From an uncultured Verrucomicrobiae bacterium (GTDB taxonomy: Bacteria; Verrucomicrobiota; Verrucomicrobiia; Limisphaerales; Palsa-1400), in NCBI GenBank assembly GCA_963764165.1, contig CAVXRD010000002.1, positions 1,504,001-1,568,000 on the forward strand: a stretch of 64,000 nt of DNA, read 5' to 3'. The notes below the pieces were generated by a model. It was not told where the DNA came from. It saw nothing but the letters and a program-made list of their open reading frames with translations, and searched no databases. The position numbers and the translations under genes are program-made. The first letter of the stretch is position 1, and every line of letters begins with the position of its first letter. Of this stretch, positions 59,423-64,000 are shown piece after piece.

Positions 59423-60241
59423 ATGCAACAGAGAAAACTTGGTCGCCATGGGCCGACGGTGTCAGCCATCGGGCTCGGCTGCATGGGCATGTCAGAATTC
59501 TACGGTCCTCGGGACAACGCCGAGTCTGTCGCGACGATCCATCGGGCGATTGACCTCGGAATTAATTTCCTGGATACGGCCGACGCGTATGGCTGCGGAG
59601 AAAACGAGCGCCTCGTTGGACAGGCCATCAAGGGAAAACGGGATCGCGTCATTCTCGCCACCAAATTTGGCAATGTGCGCGACGCGCAAGGCAAGTTTAT
59701 CGGCGTAAATGGGAAGGCCGAATATGTTCGCCAGGCCTGCGAAGCGAGTTTGAAGCGCCTCGGGGTCGAAGTCATTGATCTCTACTACCAGCATCGCGTT
59801 GATCCGCAGGTCCCAATCGAGGAGACGGTCGGAGCGATGAGTGAGTTGGTTCGTGCGGGCAAAATTCGTTACCTCGGCCTTTCCGAAGCGGCGCCAGTCA
59901 CGATTCGGCGAGCAGTCAAGGTCCATCCGATTACCGCGCTGCAAACGTATTGCCCGGTTTCACGCATGCATGAGCACATCGGCGAGGAAATCGTGACGTG
60001 CGGTCTGATTGTTGAACAACGGATGCACCACCAGGTGACTGGAGAGCCCATGAAATTCCTCACGCTCGCCGACTGGACCGGCATGGTGGAAACCGAGCTA
60101 TTTGCCTCGACGTATCAAACTTATGGCTTGTCGACGGTCCGTTATCCCGTTCTCGAAATCACCGCTCGCGTCGAACCATTTGAAAATGGCCGAGGCTTCA
60201 CTTTGCGCGTGTTGCGTGCCGCAAAGCCGCGAGTTCGATAA
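59423..60241 (+). pseudogene. Chimera of an aldo/keto reductase N-half and a DnaE-type C-terminal OB fold
   Basis: [26 protein letters not shown] up to ITALQT, then [21 protein letters not shown]. Confidence 0.75.
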
Positions 60242-60295
60242 GCGCGAATTCCAATCGGCCCTTGCGTTTTCCGCTGGCGCTTGGAATTTGTTACC

Positions 60296-60925
60296 ATGAG
60301 AAAGGCGAACCGGCGCGCATTCTTGAAGGTCATGGCCGCTGGCGCGACGACCGGGGTGGCGGACGCGTTGACGGCTGCCTCGCCTAATCTTGTGAAACCT
60401 GAATCTTTCATACTTTCTGCAAGCGACTGGGTGCCGAACAACCCAACTCTGCCAGTATTGCTCTATCACGGCGTGATGACGGACAAAACCGGCGAAGCGG
60501 CCGCTGCGGAATTTGAGTCCTTGTTCGAGCGGAACGGTTGGCCACCGCAATGGCGCAACGGGGTTTACCCATTTCATCATTACCATTCAACGGCGCATGA
60601 AGTTTTGGCTTTCGTGGGTGGTTCCGCGCGCTTGATGCTCGGGGGCCCAGATGGACGTGAAGTCAAAGTAAAGGCTGGCGATGTCGCCGTGTTGCCGGTC
60701 GGCACCGGCCATTGTCGCATCGAGGCGAGCCCGGATTTCCTTGTCGTCGGCGCATATCCCCCAGGACAGAGTTGGGACATTTGCCGGACCGCCCCGACCT
60801 CGGAAATGATCGAGCGGATGAAGAAGGTGACCTTTCCTCACAGTGACCCTGTCGCTGGTCAATCCGGTCCGTTGACCACCCTTTGGAAAACATGGCTGCA
60901 GCAAAGCTTGGAACGCGAAATATGA
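60296..60925 (+). CDS. Cupin domain protein with Tat signal
   Basis: [36 protein letters not shown]. Confidence 0.85.
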   Translation: MRKANRRAFLKVMAAGATTGVADALTAASPNLVKPESFILSASDWVPNNPTLPVLLYHGVMTDKTGEAAAAEFESLFERNGWPPQWRNGVYPFHHYHSTAHEVLAFVGGSARLMLGGPDGREVKVKAGDVAVLPVGTGHCRIEASPDFLVVGAYPPGQSWDICRTAPTSEMIERMKKVTFPHSDPVAGQSGPLTTLWKTWLQQSLEREI

Positions 60926-61090
60926 AGACTGTTTTAATCACGGGAGCAAATCGAGGCATCGGATTCGAAACAGCACACCAACTTGCGTCGCGAGGATTTC
61001 ACGTTGTTGTCGGCGCGCGGTCGGAACAGCAAGGGCAGGAAGCCGTGCGCGCACTTGACAGCGCAGGGAAGGTTTCACTCTTGGTTCTCT
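60922..61090 (+). pseudogene. SDR oxidoreductase N-terminal fragment, interrupted
   Basis: VLITGANRGIG; similarity ends at KVSLLVL. Confidence 0.8.
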
Positions 61091-62840
61091 ACGCTCGCCT
61101 CCGCTGCGCCTCAGCCCGATGGGGCCGAGGCACAGCGCGGCAAAGCCGCAACCAAAAATAAGAGGAAAGCGCCGTCCGGTCTGGGTAAGATTGGATGTAT
61201 GCAAAACAAACCGCTTACCCATGACGGCGCTTCCAACTCTTTTGTACACAAACATGCTTCCTCAATTCTAGGAGTTCTTTCGGGCTTTGATCGCCTGCGA
61301 TTGCGCGGGACGCTGCGCCAGTTGTACGGCCCCCAGGTGATGGAGGCCTACTTGAACGCCTGCCACATTCTGATCAAGGATTTCAGCCAGTTGGTCGAAC
61401 GGACCACCAAAGCGGTCAAAGACAAAGCCAGGGCCCTGGCACAAACAGCCGGGCGGCCTTTTCTTTTCGTCCCCTCCAGCCAAACCAGCAAGGAGGAGGT
61501 GGCGCGCAAGATTGCCGCCCGCGATAAAATCACCGAGGGACTGATCGCCATTCTCAATTGCACGGAACCCTGCATGTCCTTTCAAGTCGTCGGAAACCCC
61601 CAAACCAAACACATTGAGGTGAAGGTTCAGCAGCGCAAGTGCAGCCATCTTTATTTCTATTTCGAGCATTCCAAGTTTGGCTTCATGCACCTGCGCCTGC
61701 AAACCTGGTTTCCCTTCCAGATTAATATCTGCCTCAATGGCCGGCATTGGCTGGGAAAGCAGTTGGATCAGGCAGGCATTGCCTATCAAAAGAAGGAGAA
61801 CACCTTTTTGCGGGTGGCCGATATGGGGCGCGCTCAAGGCCTGCTGGACCAGCAACTGCAAACTGACTGGCCCAAGGAGCTGGGCCGGCTGCTCAATGAG
61901 GTTCATCCCCTGCACCGGTCGATTTGCCAGCCGCTGAACCTCAAATACTATTGGAGCGCTTCGGACACCGAATATGCCACCGATGTCATTTTCAAGGAGC
62001 CCGAGAGCCTGGCCCGGCTTTATCCCAGCCTGGTTCACCATGCCATCAGTTCCTTTTCCAGCGCGGACGTGATGAGGTTTTTGGGCCGATACGTTCCCAT
62101 CAGCACGGGCAGGGTGTACGGCCAGTTTGAGGGCGAAATCACCAGCGACACCAAACGGCGGCCGGAGGGCGTGCGGGTCAAGCACAGTCTTAACGGCAAC
62201 TCGATCAAATTTTACGACAAGCAGGGCTCGGTTTTGCGGATCGAAACGACGGTGACGCACCCGGAGGAATTTAAAGTTTATCGCAAACCGGAAGGCCGGC
62301 CCAAGGAGGCCAAACGCTGGCTGACATTGCGCCGGGGGCTGGCCGACCTGAAACGGCGCAAAGAAATCTCTCACCGGGCCAATGAACGTTATTTGCAGGC
62401 GTTGGGATCCGTCAGCGGAACGGTGCCGCTGTTCCAATGGGTTGAAAAATGCTGCAAGCCCCTGCGGCAGGCGGGGCGGCGCTACCGCGCCCTCAATCCT
62501 TGGGCCCCGGAGGACGGACGCCTTTTGGAAATGGTCAGCCAGGGAGAGTACGCCCTCAACGGCTTTCGCAGTCGAGACATTCGGCAGGCCTATTTTCCCA
62601 GCCGGTGCGATGACCGCGAACTCAAACGCAGAATGGGCTGGATTGGACGCCGACTGCGGCTCCTGCGAGCGCATGGCTTGATCGCCAAAGTCAGCGGCAC
62701 CCACCGCTATGTTGTCACCGAGAAAGGGCGCACCACCATTACTGCGCTCTTGACCGCCCGCAAAGCGGACGTGGACAAATTGACCAAACTCGCCGCCTAA
62801 AACTTTGCCAAAAATGAAGAGTTTTCCGAAATAGCACTAC
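61089..62840 (+). mobile_element. Unclassified IS-like element with a single large ORF
   Basis: Interrupts the SDR gene; CTAC at both presumed ends; hairpin at the left end. Confidence 0.55.
61199..62800 (+). CDS. Putative transposase (533 aa) with KFYDK...LRIET motif and C-terminal wHTH
   Basis: GFDRLRLRGTLR, CLNGRHWL, SIKFYDKQGSVLRIETT, LRAHGLI...RYVVTEKG. Confidence 0.7.
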   Translation: MQNKPLTHDGASNSFVHKHASSILGVLSGFDRLRLRGTLRQLYGPQVMEAYLNACHILIKDFSQLVERTTKAVKDKARALAQTAGRPFLFVPSSQTSKEEVARKIAARDKITEGLIAILNCTEPCMSFQVVGNPQTKHIEVKVQQRKCSHLYFYFEHSKFGFMHLRLQTWFPFQINICLNGRHWLGKQLDQAGIAYQKKENTFLRVADMGRAQGLLDQQLQTDWPKELGRLLNEVHPLHRSICQPLNLKYYWSASDTEYATDVIFKEPESLARLYPSLVHHAISSFSSADVMRFLGRYVPISTGRVYGQFEGEITSDTKRRPEGVRVKHSLNGNSIKFYDKQGSVLRIETTVTHPEEFKVYRKPEGRPKEAKRWLTLRRGLADLKRRKEISHRANERYLQALGSVSGTVPLFQWVEKCCKPLRQAGRRYRALNPWAPEDGRLLEMVSQGEYALNGFRSRDIRQAYFPSRCDDRELKRRMGWIGRRLRLLRAHGLIAKVSGTHRYVVTEKGRTTITALLTARKADVDKLTKLAA

Positions 62841-63155
62841 AGAGAAGAAAAGCAATTTACAGAAAGATTTTTACACCCCCGTGAATGGGTCGGATGAGGC
62901 CAAAATCGGGTTTCTGGGTCTGGTCAGCCAGTAAATCAGGCGTTCGGATGGGAAGAGTCTGGGGTCGAGGCCAACCGGAATGACATCTTTGATTTGTGTG
63001 ATATTTTTCATGCTGGGAGAATATCAGGACTGGTTGGACAAAGGATGGCCAACACCGGAATCGCCTGCAGGATTATCACTTTTTACGAGCGAGTCGGGCG
63101 AACTTTAACTCCCGCAATATTCCAAGCGCTGGCTCGTATATGTGTTTGACCCGGT

Positions 63156-63689
63156 ATGATGCCCCACAAATTGAAGCAAATTGATACAGCGAACTGGCAG
63201 GCTGTCGACAAGGCTCCCGCTGTGTGGATGAAGATTACTGACGCTGGCGAGACTGCAGACGAGTGGATCGCTTTCTTCCAGCGGCCCAAACTGAAGCCCC
63301 AGGTGCCTTCGGATATCGTCCCGCTATTGGAAGTCGCTCGGGGTGCAATGATTTACGGTTGGTTCTATTACCCGCTGCTGACGCTTGGTGCCGAGCAGAC
63401 CTGGCGTGTAATGGACCTGGGGGTGTGCATTCGGTGTCAGCAGCTTGGCATCAAAACGAAACGGACGAACAAAAGTCAGAATCGAGAATTTGACACGAGT
63501 TTCAGCGAGAACATTGATGCTCTTTTCGCTCGTGGTCCAATTCTGAAGCTGGCCAAAAATCGTTGGGATTCCATTCGCGAACTTGGAAACTCAACTTCGC
63601 ATCCGAAGCGCCTGATGATTCTTGACCCAGGCCAGGCGCAGGTGATTCTGGAAACCGCTGTGGAATTGCTCAACGATCTTTTCCAGTGA
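63156..63689 (+). CDS. Hypothetical protein
   Basis: 177-aa ORF with protein-like composition. Confidence 0.6.
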   Translation: MMPHKLKQIDTANWQAVDKAPAVWMKITDAGETADEWIAFFQRPKLKPQVPSDIVPLLEVARGAMIYGWFYYPLLTLGAEQTWRVMDLGVCIRCQQLGIKTKRTNKSQNREFDTSFSENIDALFARGPILKLAKNRWDSIRELGNSTSHPKRLMILDPGQAQVILETAVELLNDLFQ

Positions 63690-63888
63690 CCTAGAGGACC
63701 CGCCTCGCCGCGCATCGTAAAGAGAATTTGAGACGACAGCGAAAAATATCCGATCAGGAAAATCGACCGTGAAAAGATGCATCCCAGACATCGCCAAACA
63801 ACAAAAACATCGTCAGACAACAGTGAATGTGTGGTAACTTTTTGTGGTAAATTGGGGTCTGTTTTTCGTAAGTGCTTGCAAGAGAAAA

Positions 63889-63965
63889 TGGAGCGAGCGA
63901 AGGGATTCGAACCCTCGACACTCACGTTGGCAACGTGATGCTCTACCAGGCTGAGCTACGCTCGC
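63889..63965 (-). tRNA. tRNA-Gly(GCC), canonical chromosomal copy
   Basis: GCGAGCG acceptor, TGGTAGAGC D-arm, TCACG-TTGCCAA-CGTGA, GGTTCGAATCC, CCA. Confidence 0.97.
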
Positions 63966-64000
63966 TTCCGTTAACGCCTTCCATCTTCTCCACTCTCCCG

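Overview
GC-rich bacterial chromosome segment; gene content (H-X9-DG prepilin-like protein, DUF4175-like protein, ExeA/ExeB pair, REP-type palindromes) suggests Verrucomicrobia/PVC, which is an inference. 1-51.9 kb is mostly core genome: pilC plus a sigma54 regulator, FIST protein, lysS, three hybrid kinases, two short flagellins and fliD with sigma28 promoters and CsrA-type leaders, purN, leuB, thrS, uvrC, larA-like, eda, amidase, queA, htpX and a porin. 51.9-63.9 kb is a decayed accessory island abutting the 3' end of a canonical tRNA-Gly. Its centre is a minus-strand RNA operon (about 57.8 to 52.9 kb): 17 atypical tRNA-like genes, four Y-RNA-like genes, a frameshifted SEC-C gene and a truncated Ro60/TROVE gene. 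The top finding is the operon leader: a 56-codon ORF using 44 different codons and all 20 amino acids, whose last codons form an antiterminator against an intrinsic terminator just downstream. This looks like a pan-tRNA-sensing attenuator that would switch on a backup tRNA set and an RNA-surveillance module when any tRNA becomes limiting. All calls were made by eye, without database searches.
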